From an uncultured bacterium (GTDB lineage Bacteria > Oederibacteriota > JAAXVQ01 > JAUVAV01): a stretch of 64,000 nucleotides of DNA. Numbering within the stretch: position 1 is the first letter of the stretch; each line of letters starts with the position of its first letter. The notes beneath the pieces are model-generated. The model ran no database searches. It was not told where the DNA came from and saw nothing but the letters and a program-made list of their open reading frames with translations. The position numbers and the translations under genes are program-made. The DNA is taken from assembly GCA_963710755.1 (NCBI GenBank), contig CAVQBK010000004.1:64001-128000 (forward strand), written 5' to 3'. This document shows, one piece after another, positions 1 through 10,544 of this stretch.

Positions 1-1
1 G

Positions 2-2410
2 ATCCAGATGACCGAGGCTGCGCTTAAACGGTTGCCAACGGTCACCGGCGCGGCTGCGGAGCCGCGGGTAGCCCCCGCCTTGGCTCAAGTCCTGGAGCAG
101 GCCTGGGAGGAAGCTCAAGGACTAAAAGATGAATATATTTCCACGGAACATTTGCTGCTGGCTCTGAGCAAGGACAAAACCGATGCCGGGCAGCTCATGA
201 AGACCGCTGGTTTGGACAGCAACACCATTTTGAAAGCATTGCAGGAGGTGCGCGGTTCCCATCGTGTCACGGACCAAGCACCGGAAGAAAAAATGCAGGC
301 GTTAAAAAAATATTGCCGCGATTTGACCGAGGTAGCCCGTTCGGGGAAGCTGGATCCGGTTATTGGCCGTGATCAGGAAATACGAAGGACTATACAAGTC
401 TTGTCGCGACGTACTAAAAACAATCCCGTGCTAATCGGCGAACCGGGTGTGGGTAAGACCGCGATTGTTGAGGGTTTGGCTCAACGTATTGTAGCCCAGG
501 ATGTGCCGGAAGGGTTGAAGCAAAAACGCGTGCTGGCTTTGGATATGGGAGCCTTGATCGCAGGCGCCAAATACCGCGGCGAGTTTGAAGACCGGTTAAA
601 AGCGGTCTTGAAGGAAATTGGGGAACAAAAAGGGGATGTTATCCTTTTTATCGATGAGCTGCATACCGTGGTGGGGGCAGGTGCGGCCGAAGGGGCCATG
701 GATGCTTCCAACATGCTTAAACCTGCGCTGGCCAGGGGAGAGCTGCGTTGCATAGGCGCTACCACACTGAATGAGTATCGCAAGTACATTGAGAAAGATG
801 CCGCTCTGGAACGGCGTTTTCAACCGGTTAAGATCGAGGAGCCATCAGTGCTTGATGCCATCTCCATTCTTCGTGGACTGCAGGAACGCTATGAAGTCCA
901 TCACGGGGTGAAGATTAAGGACTCCGCCATGGTGGCAGCAGTAGAATTGTCGCATCGTTATATTTCGGGACGCTTTCTGCCGGACAAAGCCATTGACCTG
1001 ATGGACGAGGCAGCTTCCAAATTGCGTACGGAGATTGACAGCCTGCCTTCCGAATTGGATGAAGTGGAAAGAAAGGTCCGCCAATTGGAAGTGGAAAGAG
1101 AAGCGTTGAAAAAGGAAAAAGGCACGGCCGCACAGAACCGGCTGGAAAAACTGGAGCACGACCTGCAGGAACAACAGGAGACGCGTAATGCCTTGAGGGC
1201 CAAATGGCAGATGGAAAAACAGCAGATCCAGCAGATCAAACAGCTGAAAGAAGAGGTCGAGAAATTAAAACAGCAAGAGCTGCAAGCCGAACGGGAAGGC
1301 AATTTGGAAAAAGTGGCTGAAATCCGCTATGGTCAGATGCCGGCTTTGCAGGCGCGCTTGAAAGAAGCAGAATCGGCGATTGCCGCCCAGGATCAGGGTA
1401 GTTCGTTGGTGAAGGACTATATTGATGAAGAGGATATTGCCGAAGTAGTCGCCCGCTGGACTGGCATACCGGTTACCAAATTATTGGAGGGCGAATTGGA
1501 CAAACTTTTGAAAATGGAGGACCGCCTGCATCTGCGCGTCATCGGCCAGCGTCAGGCCGTGACCGCTGTTTCCGATGCCGTGCGCCGGGCACGCTCCGGT
1601 CTGGCCGAACCCAACCGCCCTTTGGGCTCCTTTCTCTTTTTAGGGCCTACTGGGGTGGGAAAAACTGAGCTGGCCAAAGCTTTGGCGGAATTTCTATTTG
1701 ACGACGAGGCCGCCATGATTAGAATTGACATGTCGGAATACATGGAAAAACATGCTGTGGCCCGTTTGATCGGCGCGCCCCCGGGTTATGTAGGTTATGA
1801 CGAAGGCGGGCAATTGACCGAGGCGGTCAGGCGTAAACCTTACAGCTTGATTTTGTTTGATGAAATTGAAAAGGCCCATCCTGAAGTTTTTTCGATTTTG
1901 CTGCAAGTACTCGATGACGGCCGCCTGACCGATGGCCAGGGACGAACAGTGGATTTCAGGCAATCCATGATTATTATGACCAGCAATGTGGGCAGCCAGC
2001 TGCTGGTGCAATCCAGTCAAGCTATTGACGATAATTTGAAAACAGCGGTACTTCAGGAACTGAATCATTATTTCAAACCGGAGTTTTTAAACCGCCTGGA
2101 TGACATTATTATCTTTGAGCGTCTGGATCAGGAACTTTTAAAAGCCATTGTCTCCAAACATGTGGTTCAACTTACGCAACGGTTGGCGGAAAAACAAATC
2201 CATCTGACCTTGGACGACGCGGTTGTGGCCTTATTAGCCAAAGAAGGCTATGATCCGGTTTACGGCGCCAGGCCCTTGAAACGAACCATTCAACGGCTGT
2301 TGACGGATCCCTTGGCCAGAAAACTGGTGGCCGGCGAGATAGGACCTGGAGATAAAGTGCAAGCAACCTTGGTTAAGGACAAAATTGAATTCAATAAAAC
2401 AACTCACTAA
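2..2410 (+). CDS. clpB: ATP-dependent chaperone ClpB (5' end lies outside the window)
   Basis: Two AAA+ modules ([14 protein letters not shown] and [17 protein letters not shown]), coiled-coil middle domain and GARPLKR. The frame is open to the window edge and the Clp N-domain is incomplete. Confidence 0.97.
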   Translation: MQMTEAALKRLPTVTGAAAEPRVAPALAQVLEQAWEEAQGLKDEYISTEHLLLALSKDKTDAGQLMKTAGLDSNTILKALQEVRGSHRVTDQAPEEKMQALKKYCRDLTEVARSGKLDPVIGRDQEIRRTIQVLSRRTKNNPVLIGEPGVGKTAIVEGLAQRIVAQDVPEGLKQKRVLALDMGALIAGAKYRGEFEDRLKAVLKEIGEQKGDVILFIDELHTVVGAGAAEGAMDASNMLKPALARGELRCIGATTLNEYRKYIEKDAALERRFQPVKIEEPSVLDAISILRGLQERYEVHHGVKIKDSAMVAAVELSHRYISGRFLPDKAIDLMDEAASKLRTEIDSLPSELDEVERKVRQLEVEREALKKEKGTAAQNRLEKLEHDLQEQQETRNALRAKWQMEKQQIQQIKQLKEEVEKLKQQELQAEREGNLEKVAEIRYGQMPALQARLKEAESAIAAQDQGSSLVKDYIDEEDIAEVVARWTGIPVTKLLEGELDKLLKMEDRLHLRVIGQRQAVTAVSDAVRRARSGLAEPNRPLGSFLFLGPTGVGKTELAKALAEFLFDDEAAMIRIDMSEYMEKHAVARLIGAPPGYVGYDEGGQLTEAVRRKPYSLILFDEIEKAHPEVFSILLQVLDDGRLTDGQGRTVDFRQSMIIMTSNVGSQLLVQSSQAIDDNLKTAVLQELNHYFKPEFLNRLDDIIIFERLDQELLKAIVSKHVVQLTQRLAEKQIHLTLDDAVVALLAKEGYDPVYGARPLKRTIQRLLTDPLARKLVAGEIGPGDKVQATLVKDKIEFNKTTH

Positions 2411-2457
2411 ACCTTGCGCAAGGTTTGTGATTTTTACGTCATGTCTTCTTGGGGTGC

Positions 2458-2485
2458 GTAGGGAACGGTCACGGCCGTTCCCTAC
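2458..2485. repeat. 28-bp GTAG-type REP-like palindrome
   Basis: GTAGGGAACGGTCACGGCCGTTCCCTAC is an imperfect palindrome with GTAG/CTAC ends, downstream of clpB. Confidence 0.75.
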
Positions 2486-2681
2486 CATGTTGTGACCCGC
2501 AAGAACCGAAAAGATTAGGCTCCGGCCTACACAAACTGTACATCTTGCCAACCCATTACCTAAGGATATAAAAATTCTATCGCTTTTCCAACAATCATGG
2601 TTAAATGATCTTCATAATAATAACGTCCTTTTTGATCTCGGTTTGAGGTCAGAAGAGACCCAGTCCCCTCCAGGATAGGCC

Positions 2682-4268
2682 ATGAAAAGACATCTCCTCA
2701 TTTTGCTGTCCATACTCTTATATGCTCTTCCTGCCATGGCGGCGGAGCCTCATTTGGTGCCCCCCCGCCACCCTATCGCCAGACCTGCCGATGGCATGTT
2801 GGTTAAGTATAAAACACCGCTATCCCAGCAGGCTCAACAGCAACTCTTGGGCCGGCTCAATATTGAGCACCTTCCTTTAAACCCTTCTCAATCCGTGCGG
2901 GTTCAGCAAGCCCAAATGAAGAAAAATCCCAATGTGGCCTGGGTGGAGCCCAACCGCTGGCGCTATGCCCAAGCCGTGGAAGTGACCCCCAACGATATTT
3001 ATTACCGCCCGGAGCGTAATGACCGTCATTACCAGCAATGGTATTTATTTATGATCAATGCCAACTATGCCTGGTCGATCAGCAAAGGCCGTCAGGATAT
3101 CATTGCAGCCGTGGTGGATACAGGCGTGGATCTTAATCATCCGGATTTGAAAGACCGTCTGCTTCCAGGTAGAACGATTATTGACCAACAGGACTATTCG
3201 CCTCCTGCCAACGGGATGGATGATAATGGCCATGGCACCCATGTGGCCGGTTTGATTGCGGCAACCAGTGACAATGAAACCGGCATTTGCGGCACCAGTT
3301 GGCAAGGAAAGCTTTTACCGGTCAAAGTTTTAAATGATAAAGGCGAAGGCACAGATGCCGATATTGCCGCCGGCATCATGTGGGCTGCTGATCAGGGGGC
3401 CAGAATCATCAACCTCTCCCTGGGGGGGGCTAATGACGACGGCTCGGTGCCACAGGTTTTGCAGGACGCCGTGACCTATGCGCATCAACAGGGATGTTTG
3501 ATCATAGCGGCTTCCGGTAATTCAGGGGATAACAGCATTTTCTACCCCGCCTCCTTGGATTATGTGGTTTCCGTGGCAGCCACTGATCCCTGGGACGAAC
3601 GTGCTGATTATTCTACCTATAATGCCTATGTGGATTTGGCGGCCCCCGGCGGTGCCGGGGGCAAGCTTTTTGATATTGCCACAGGCATCATCAGTACTTA
3701 TTGGAGCACAGGCAGCGCAGCCATGGATAGCCTTTCCGGGCCGGAGGCCGGCGATTATGCGGTGACGGCCGGCACTTCGATGGCCGCAGCCGTGGCTTCG
3801 GGCGCAGCCTTGGTCTTGTGGAGTCAAGATTCGTCGGCTACCGCCGATGACATTGAAAACACCCTCAAGACATCAGCCCGGGATATCGGCCCCAGCGGAC
3901 CGGATGTACAGTCCGGCAGCGGCCGTATAGACCTGCTGGCTGCTCTGGGCAATCCGGTGCCCGTGAATCCGGAGCTAACGCTGTACAATTACCCTAATCC
4001 CTTCCGGCCCGCGCAAACAAGCGAAACGAAAATAGTGTTCTATCTGGAGGCACCGGCAAGATGCACCCTTAAGCTCTATGATGCAGCCCGGACCTTGGTA
4101 TGGGAAAAACAACTGGATGCCGGCCAAACCATGGCTGGTAAAAATGTCTTGTCCTGGGATGGGAAAAATCAATTCGGCACTATTGTCGCCAATGGCACCT
4201 ACTTAATGCAATTAGCCACAGATCAAGGGCGAAAAAGTAAAATTAAATTTATTTCCGTGATACGTTAG
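2682..4268 (+). CDS. Secreted S8 subtilisin-like serine peptidase with C-terminal T9SS-like/FlgD-like domain
   Basis: Signal peptide; triad motifs [17 protein letters not shown]; C-terminal YNYPNPF...KLYD...WDGKN...VANGTY...KFISVIR. Confidence 0.93.
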   Translation: MKRHLLILLSILLYALPAMAAEPHLVPPRHPIARPADGMLVKYKTPLSQQAQQQLLGRLNIEHLPLNPSQSVRVQQAQMKKNPNVAWVEPNRWRYAQAVEVTPNDIYYRPERNDRHYQQWYLFMINANYAWSISKGRQDIIAAVVDTGVDLNHPDLKDRLLPGRTIIDQQDYSPPANGMDDNGHGTHVAGLIAATSDNETGICGTSWQGKLLPVKVLNDKGEGTDADIAAGIMWAADQGARIINLSLGGANDDGSVPQVLQDAVTYAHQQGCLIIAASGNSGDNSIFYPASLDYVVSVAATDPWDERADYSTYNAYVDLAAPGGAGGKLFDIATGIISTYWSTGSAAMDSLSGPEAGDYAVTAGTSMAAAVASGAALVLWSQDSSATADDIENTLKTSARDIGPSGPDVQSGSGRIDLLAALGNPVPVNPELTLYNYPNPFRPAQTSETKIVFYLEAPARCTLKLYDAARTLVWEKQLDAGQTMAGKNVLSWDGKNQFGTIVANGTYLMQLATDQGRKSKIKFISVIR

Positions 4269-4276
4269 GACAGCAC

Positions 4277-5245
4277 ATGAAGCGATGGTTGGTTGTTGGC
4301 ATACTTGCGGGCATGAGTCTGGTAGGGATGGTTCGAGCCGAGTCCCTCAGCGTGGGCGGCCCGGGAGCGTTTTTAAATTACGGCTTAGGTGCCAAGGGTG
4401 AAGCTATGGGCGGAGCCATGACCGCCATGATCGGCGATCCTCTGGCCATGCTGGCCAATCCCGGAGCCTTGGCACTGATTACAGCCCAGTCGGTCAGCAG
4501 CACTTATATTGTTTTGCCGGGAGGAGGAGATTTTTCCCAGATTGCTTATGCCCTGCCTTTGGCAGCTTTTCGAGTACCGGAAAATGGTCAGGCAGGAAGC
4601 ATTTCCAGTCTGCAGCTCGGCGGTCTGGGTGTTTATCTGACCAGGCTGGCCGTATCCTACCAAATCGAAGCACGCACCACGGATTCGCTTAATCCTGATT
4701 ATTTTTTTTCCGACATTGAAGGGGTCTATGGCCTGAGTATGGGCCTTCCCTTGGGCGCCACTTGGGGCGCAGGGCTGTCGGTCAAGGGGCTTTACCACCT
4801 GGTGGAGCATGAAAGTGCCCAGGGCTGGGGCCTTGACGCCGGCTTTTATTACAAGCCATGGGACGCCCTTACCCTGGCGGCGATGGTACATAATGGCTAC
4901 ACCAGTTTCTATTGGACCACTGGCCACAGGGAACTGGCGGCCCCCCAGTTCACCCTAGGCACGGGTTATCATTTAGATCTACAACCGTCTGTGGCACTGA
5001 CAGTAAATACACAAGTAGAAAAGGAATTAAGTCAGGCTTCGTTTGCCTATGCCCTGGGCATGGAAGCCGGTTTTTTCAAGTTCCTGGCTGTACGCGCCGG
5101 TTATGACGGGTACTTTTCCACCGGCCTGGGGGTTACCTGGCCTAAATTCGGTTGGGCGCAAGCGGATTTAAAATTGGATTATGCCTTGGTTCAGGATGCC
5201 ATCCGCGACTGGGATCATTGGCTAACCCTGCAATTAAGCTTTTAG
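4277..5245 (+). CDS. PorV/PorQ-like (UPF0164/FadL-like) outer-membrane beta-barrel
   Basis: Signal peptide; FLNYGLGAKGEAMGGA...NPGAL N-terminal motif; alternating beta-strands; ends in WLTLQLSF (aromatic beta-signal). Confidence 0.8.
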   Translation: MKRWLVVGILAGMSLVGMVRAESLSVGGPGAFLNYGLGAKGEAMGGAMTAMIGDPLAMLANPGALALITAQSVSSTYIVLPGGGDFSQIAYALPLAAFRVPENGQAGSISSLQLGGLGVYLTRLAVSYQIEARTTDSLNPDYFFSDIEGVYGLSMGLPLGATWGAGLSVKGLYHLVEHESAQGWGLDAGFYYKPWDALTLAAMVHNGYTSFYWTTGHRELAAPQFTLGTGYHLDLQPSVALTVNTQVEKELSQASFAYALGMEAGFFKFLAVRAGYDGYFSTGLGVTWPKFGWAQADLKLDYALVQDAIRDWDHWLTLQLSF

Positions 5246-5250
5246 GGCTA

Positions 5251-5279
5251 TTGACAAAGACTTGGTAACAGGATAAAAT
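5251..5279 (+). promoter_or_regulatory. sigma70-type promoter
   Basis: TTGACA-17 nt-TAAAAT. Confidence 0.75.
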
Positions 5280-5603
5280 CCTTTACTTTTATACAATTTC
5301 AGGATTTTCCGGGGCGCGCTCCGGAAAAATAGGGACTATTAAATTTATCTTGCATCACTTGGACAGCAGGGCCATTTAGAGTTTAAAGCGTGAAAGTGGT
5401 CTAACTGTATTTTCAAGTTATCGCTGCTTAGCGACGTTTGCGCATCCATGCCTCAATTAAAGCAGTCATGTGGCCGCCATAGGCTAAAACGCATGGCTGG
5501 TCATCGCCACAGCAACAACAAGAAAGTCTTTTCCCATAGGTCCCGTAACGACGCCTCAGGGTACGAGGTATTCGCGAGGACGTATTAAACAATTAAGGAA
5601 AAC

Positions 5604-5834
5604 ATGATGAACCTGACAAAAAAACCAGTCTTGCTTATTTTGATCAGCGCAACAGGGTTGCTGGTCTTCCTTTCGATTTTATTATGGCTGTCGCTTCGAC
5701 CTATTCATCCCAAAACCATGAACGTGATGTTAACCTTTCTTTGGGCGTTCATAGGACCGTCTTGGTTGGTTGCAGCTCTGGGGGATCGTTTGCTCGGTCA
5801 GGACCACGCTTCGCAGGGAGGCGTAAAAAGATGA
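5604..5834 (+). CDS. Small two-TM membrane protein, hypothetical
   Basis: AAGGA RBS, two hydrophobic segments, stop overlaps the yicC ATG (ATGA). Confidence 0.55.
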   Translation: MMNLTKKPVLLILISATGLLVFLSILLWLSLRPIHPKTMNVMLTFLWAFIGPSWLVAALGDRLLGQDHASQGGVKR

Positions 5835-6709
5835 TTATCAGCATGACCGGCTATGGCCGGGGAGAGGCACGCAGCCAGGACATGGCTTTGGCTCTGGAAA
5901 TCAAGACGGTTAATCATCGCCATGTGGAAACGGTGATTAAATTGCCCGGTGGCTTGTGGGAACTGGAAAACGAAATCAAGGAAAAAATCCTTCAGGTCGT
6001 GCGTAGGGGACGGGTGGAAGTCTATTTGCACATGTTGACACCAGTGGCAGGCAGTAATGAACCAGTGGTGGATATTGTGTTGGCCGGCAAATATCTTCAA
6101 GCCCTGCGGCAAGCTAATAAGGTATTAAAACTTAAAGGCGAACCGGACCTGGCTCAGTTAAGCAAATGGCCCAATGTCATTCGGGTGGAAGAGAGGCCGG
6201 TTAAAACCGCGGCCTTGCGGCCTTTGGTGGAGCGCGCCCTCAAACAGGCCCTGCAGCGCCTGCTGACCATGCGGCGCACGGAAGGCAAAAAATTGGCGGC
6301 TGATATCCGCAGTCGTTTGGCGAAAGTGAAAAAAATTACCGTGGCGATTAAAAAAAGAGTCCAGACCACAGCCCGCCAACAAGAACTGCAACTGAAAAAA
6401 AAATTAAGCGCCCTGGTAGCTGATGATCCGGGCGAGGTAAAACGCATGGCCCAGGACATTTGCGTCAAATATCTTCGTTCTGATATCACCGAAGAACTGG
6501 TGCGGCTGGCTTCACATCTGCATCAAATGCAGCTCTTCATGGCCAGCGAGGAAGCAGTAGGCCGCCGTCTGGATTTTTTGATCCAGGAGATGAACCGGGA
6601 GATCAATACCATCGGTTCCAAAGCAGGCGATGCCCAACTGGCCCATCAGGTTGTGATGGTTAAAGAGGAATTGGAGAAAATTCGCGAGCAAGTTCAGAAT
6701 TTTGAATAA
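5831..6709 (+). CDS. yicC: YicC/YloC family endoribonuclease
   Basis: Starts SMTGYG; C-terminal GRRLDFLIQEMNREINTIGSK and EKIREQVQNFE; directly upstream of gmk. Start moved to ATG 5831. Confidence 0.95.
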   Translation: MIISMTGYGRGEARSQDMALALEIKTVNHRHVETVIKLPGGLWELENEIKEKILQVVRRGRVEVYLHMLTPVAGSNEPVVDIVLAGKYLQALRQANKVLKLKGEPDLAQLSKWPNVIRVEERPVKTAALRPLVERALKQALQRLLTMRRTEGKKLAADIRSRLAKVKKITVAIKKRVQTTARQQELQLKKKLSALVADDPGEVKRMAQDICVKYLRSDITEELVRLASHLHQMQLFMASEEAVGRRLDFLIQEMNREINTIGSKAGDAQLAHQVVMVKEELEKIREQVQNFE

Positions 6710-6744
6710 GGCTAAGGCCCTGTCTTGGGAAAAGGAGAACAACT

Positions 6745-7344
6745 GTGCCCCAGGCCAAAACCAGTGACCCCCTGAAACCGCGCCCCAAGCTCATCGTGGT
6801 CTCGGCCCCATCGGGTGGAGGTAAGACGACTATATGCGAAGCTTTGCTGGCCAAAGATCCGCAGCTGGTACGCAGCATTTCCGCCACCACCCGGGCACCC
6901 CGGGGCAGGGAACAAGACGGCCAGGATTATTATTTCATCAGTGAGAAATCTTTTGCACGTCAACGCCACCAGAACCGTTTTTTGGAATGGGCTATGGTAC
7001 ACGGGCACTACTACGGCACTTTAAAGACCGAGGTCAAACGGCAAATCACAGCAGGCAAGGATGTGCTGTTGGTCATTGATGTGCAAGGCGGGCTTAAGGT
7101 TAAGGAACAAATGCCCCAGGCGGTGTTGATTTTTTTGCAACCGCCTTCCCTGAGTGCCTTGGAAGCCCGGCTGCGCGGCCGTGGCACTGATGCGGAGGGA
7201 GAGATTCACAAACGATTGCGCAATGCCCGCTGGGAAATGCGCCAGGCTCGGGCCTACGATTATCTTGTGGTGAATAACAAACTGCCTCAGGCCATTACCG
7301 ATGTGCAGGCCATTATCCGGGCAGAACGGTTGCGATTGAAATAA
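6745..7344 (+). CDS. gmk: Guanylate kinase
   Basis: SAPSGGGKTT P-loop, SATTRAPR, HGHYYGT, IDVQG. Confidence 0.97.
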   Translation: MPQAKTSDPLKPRPKLIVVSAPSGGGKTTICEALLAKDPQLVRSISATTRAPRGREQDGQDYYFISEKSFARQRHQNRFLEWAMVHGHYYGTLKTEVKRQITAGKDVLLVIDVQGGLKVKEQMPQAVLIFLQPPSLSALEARLRGRGTDAEGEIHKRLRNARWEMRQARAYDYLVVNNKLPQAITDVQAIIRAERLRLK

Positions 7345-7416
7345 AATACCGGGCAGCAAGCCCGGGGGTATCGGTGTTTACGGATTGAACCTTAAAATTA
7401 AAAGGAGTAATGGAAC

Positions 7417-7626
7417 ATGCAGCAACTGAGTTTTGAAAAAATCGTGGAAAAGATTGAAAGAAAGTACGAAGCCGTGGTACGTATGTCGGTGAAGGCCCGG
7501 GCCCTGGCAGAAAGTGAACGGGTCAGTGATCCTGAAAAGGAAGTCAAAGTCACCACCTTGGCACTGGATGAATACCTGCGGGAAAATCATCTCGAAGATT
7601 TGGCGGACGAGGGCGATCGGCCGTAA
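7417..7626 (+). CDS. rpoZ: RNA polymerase omega subunit
   Basis: 69 aa, KYEAV...KARAL...KVTTLALDE pattern, located between gmk and coaBC. Confidence 0.85.
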   Translation: MQQLSFEKIVEKIERKYEAVVRMSVKARALAESERVSDPEKEVKVTTLALDEYLRENHLEDLADEGDRP

Positions 7627-7647
7627 AGCCGATTAGAAGGGAATGTT

Positions 7648-8850
7648 ATGGAATTAACAGGCAAGCGCATTTTAGTGGGTGTTTGCGGAGGCATCGCAGC
7701 CTATAAAGCTGCGGAAGTGGCCCGCAAGCTGGTCAAGGCCGGTGCCGAAGTCTCGGTGGTCATGACCGCCAATGCCACACGTTTTGTCACACCCCTGACC
7801 TTTCGTACCCTTACCAGCAGGCCTGTAGCTACCGATCTGTTTTCCGATCCCGGTTCGCCGGTGCCCCATATTAGCCTAGCCACCTGGCCTGATCTGATCA
7901 TCGTGGTCCCGGCTACTGCGGATTTAATCAGCCGCGCGGCCGCAGGCCGGGCTAATGATTTGCTGGCGGCCATCCTGCTGGACACACCAGCGCCCGTGCT
8001 GATGGCGCCGGCCATGAATTCCCGCATGTGGCGTCACCGCGCCACTCAAGCCAATCTGGAAAAACTGAGAAGCTGGGGCATGACCATGGTCAGTCCCGGC
8101 AGGGGAGACCTGGCCTGCGGCGAGATCGGTGAAGGCCGGTTGGCGGAAGTAGATGAAATTGTGGCAGCGGTTCGCGCCCGATTCCAGCCGTCCGGCCCCC
8201 TGGCCGGCAAACACGTTCTGATTACAGCCGGGCCTACCCGCGAAGCCTGGGATGCCATCCGCTTTTTATCCAACCGATCCAGCGGCAAGATGGGCTATGC
8301 CTTGGCCGCAGAAGCGCAGCGCCGTGGGGCCAAGGTCATGCTTATTTCCGGACCAGTCAGTCTCATACCACCAGCAGGCGTAGACTTTCGTTCCGTAGAA
8401 AACGCCCAGGAGATGGAGGAGGCCGCTTTGGCAGCTTATCCTAAGGCGGATGTGGTGATTGCCGCTGCGGCGGTGGCGGATTACAAACCGGAGGCTCCGC
8501 AGGAGATTAAAATAAAAAAAACTTCCGAGACCATGTCCATTCCCCTGGTGCCCACCCCGGATATTTTAAAAAAAATGGGCGAGCAGAAAACCCATCAGCT
8601 GCTGGTGGGCTTCGCTGCGGAAAATGAGGATCCTCTTCGATTTGGTTTGGAAAAAATGCGCCGCAAGCATTGTGATCTCATGATTTCCAATTATGCTTCT
8701 GGTCCGCAGGCGGCCTTTAACCAGGAGAAAGCAACCATTTTCATGCTCGATGAACAGCAGCAAGAACAGATCCCGTCCCAATCCAAAACCGTACTGGCCG
8801 GCCTGATTCTGGACCGGGTGGAACAACACTTGATGCAGAGGAAAAGTTAG
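7648..8850 (+). CDS. coaBC: Bifunctional phosphopantothenoylcysteine decarboxylase/synthase
   Basis: GGIAAYKA, APAMN, LACGEIGEGRL, TAGPTRE, SNRSSGKMG, VGFAAE. Confidence 0.97.
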   Translation: MELTGKRILVGVCGGIAAYKAAEVARKLVKAGAEVSVVMTANATRFVTPLTFRTLTSRPVATDLFSDPGSPVPHISLATWPDLIIVVPATADLISRAAAGRANDLLAAILLDTPAPVLMAPAMNSRMWRHRATQANLEKLRSWGMTMVSPGRGDLACGEIGEGRLAEVDEIVAAVRARFQPSGPLAGKHVLITAGPTREAWDAIRFLSNRSSGKMGYALAAEAQRRGAKVMLISGPVSLIPPAGVDFRSVENAQEMEEAALAAYPKADVVIAAAAVADYKPEAPQEIKIKKTSETMSIPLVPTPDILKKMGEQKTHQLLVGFAAENEDPLRFGLEKMRRKHCDLMISNYASGPQAAFNQEKATIFMLDEQQQEQIPSQSKTVLAGLILDRVEQHLMQRKS

Positions 8851-8851
8851 G

Positions 8852-10531
8852 GTGTTTCTTTTTAAAAGATTTCGTTTTCTAAGTACTTGTGCGGCAGGCC
8901 TAGTCCTATTGGCGGTCGTGACGGGCCAAGCTTATGGACAATCCCCAAGCAAGGCCAATGAAGTGCTTATTCATTTTAAAGCCCAGGTCGCGCCTGATGT
9001 GCTGGCCCAGGAAGCCAAAAAGTTAAACCTGCAAGTCACCTCCGCTCAGGCCGTGCGCCAGGCGTTCATGGCGGATCAGCATTTGCAGTCCGCCTCCGCC
9101 CAAACAGAACTGGGCGTGGTGATGGCCCGCTTTGCCGGTCAGGAAACCACGCAAAGCGTAGCTCAGCGGGTGGCCCAGTCGCCGCTGGTGCAATGGGCTG
9201 AGCCCAATTATTTGCGCGTCCCTTTCGAGGCTCTGCCCAATGGGCCCGATGATACCTATTATCAAGGGGCGTTAACACTTCCCGGGAACGACAATCATCT
9301 CAGCGGGTCCGTTCGTGCCTGGTGGGTGGACCAGGTGCATGCGGACGCCGTCTTTGCCAACCATCTGGTCACTGCCAAAGATACGATCATTGTGGCCATC
9401 ATTGATAGTGGAGTGCGTTTAACTCACGAAGACCTGAGCTCCAAACTGATCGCAGGTTATGACTTTGGCAGCTTTGATAATGATCCCAGCGATGAACTAG
9501 GTCACGGCACCCATGTGGCGGGCATTCTGGACGCCCAGGCCAATAATCTTCTGGGTGTTCCGGGCATTGCTTATCTGGATCAGATTAAACTGATGCCGTT
9601 AAAAGTGGCGGACGATTACGGCCAAATGCACGATTATGCCATCAGTTCAGCCATTGTCTATGCTGCTGATCATGGGGCCCGGATCATCAACATGAGCCTC
9701 GGCGGCCCGGACAAAGGCCAGACCCTGGAGTCCGCCATTGACTATGCCCATCGCCAGGGGTGTCTCATAGTAGCTTCGGCCGGCAACAGTGCCCTGGATT
9801 GGGATTCGATTTATGGCATGAATCCGATCATGTATCCTGCTTCCTTTAATCACGTGGTTTCCGTGGCAGCCACCAACAGTGTCAGTGCCCGGGCGGGCTA
9901 TTCGGAATACAACCAATATGTGGATCTGGCTGCTCCCGGAGGGGATACCAGAACTAACGATCCTGCGGGGATGATCCTGAGCACTTATTTTCTTAACAAC
10001 AGCAGTTACGAAGCCTTGATGGGCACGTCCATGGCTGCACCGGTCGTGTCGGGTGCAGCAGCCTTGCTTTTTGCCCAGGATCCCAGCCGTACGCCCGATC
10101 AAGTGGAGGCCATTTTAACCAGCACGGCCGACAAAGTGGACAGCCTGGCCAATGACAGTGACGGCTACAATGAATTTCTGGGCTGGGGGCAAGTCAATGT
10201 CCTCAAAGCCGTGACTCAGAGTTCCACCCGCCCGGCAAGCACTGATGAAAAAGGATCCTACAATTACCCCAATCCTTTTAATCCTGCACTGGATAGATTT
10301 ACCAATATTCTTATTCCACGCAAAGGCCAGCAAGCGCAGCTGACGATTTATAACAGCTTTGGCCATCCGGTGATTACCATGACGAAGCAAGGCAACCAGG
10401 TCTACAGCGGCAATGTCTTTCAGTGGGACGGCCGTGATGACCGCCAGGTCATGGTAGCCAATGGGGTTTATTTTTATATTTTGAAAATCGATGGGCAGGT
10501 TTATCACAATAAGATTGCCCTGAAACAATAG
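8852..10531 (+). CDS. Secreted S8 serine peptidase with C-terminal T9SS-like/FlgD-like domain
   Basis: Signal peptide; [19 protein letters not shown]; C-terminal YNYPNPFNP...TIYN...WDGRD...VANGVYFY...KIALKQ. Confidence 0.93.
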   Translation: MFLFKRFRFLSTCAAGLVLLAVVTGQAYGQSPSKANEVLIHFKAQVAPDVLAQEAKKLNLQVTSAQAVRQAFMADQHLQSASAQTELGVVMARFAGQETTQSVAQRVAQSPLVQWAEPNYLRVPFEALPNGPDDTYYQGALTLPGNDNHLSGSVRAWWVDQVHADAVFANHLVTAKDTIIVAIIDSGVRLTHEDLSSKLIAGYDFGSFDNDPSDELGHGTHVAGILDAQANNLLGVPGIAYLDQIKLMPLKVADDYGQMHDYAISSAIVYAADHGARIINMSLGGPDKGQTLESAIDYAHRQGCLIVASAGNSALDWDSIYGMNPIMYPASFNHVVSVAATNSVSARAGYSEYNQYVDLAAPGGDTRTNDPAGMILSTYFLNNSSYEALMGTSMAAPVVSGAAALLFAQDPSRTPDQVEAILTSTADKVDSLANDSDGYNEFLGWGQVNVLKAVTQSSTRPASTDEKGSYNYPNPFNPALDRFTNILIPRKGQQAQLTIYNSFGHPVITMTKQGNQVYSGNVFQWDGRDDRQVMVANGVYFYILKIDGQVYHNKIALKQ

Positions 10532-10544
10532 GGAAAGGGTTGGC

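Noticed and set aside
2411-2424. Perfect 14-bp palindrome ACCTTGCGCAAGGT after the clpB stop
   Set aside because: A single short occurrence, most simply a weak terminator hairpin.
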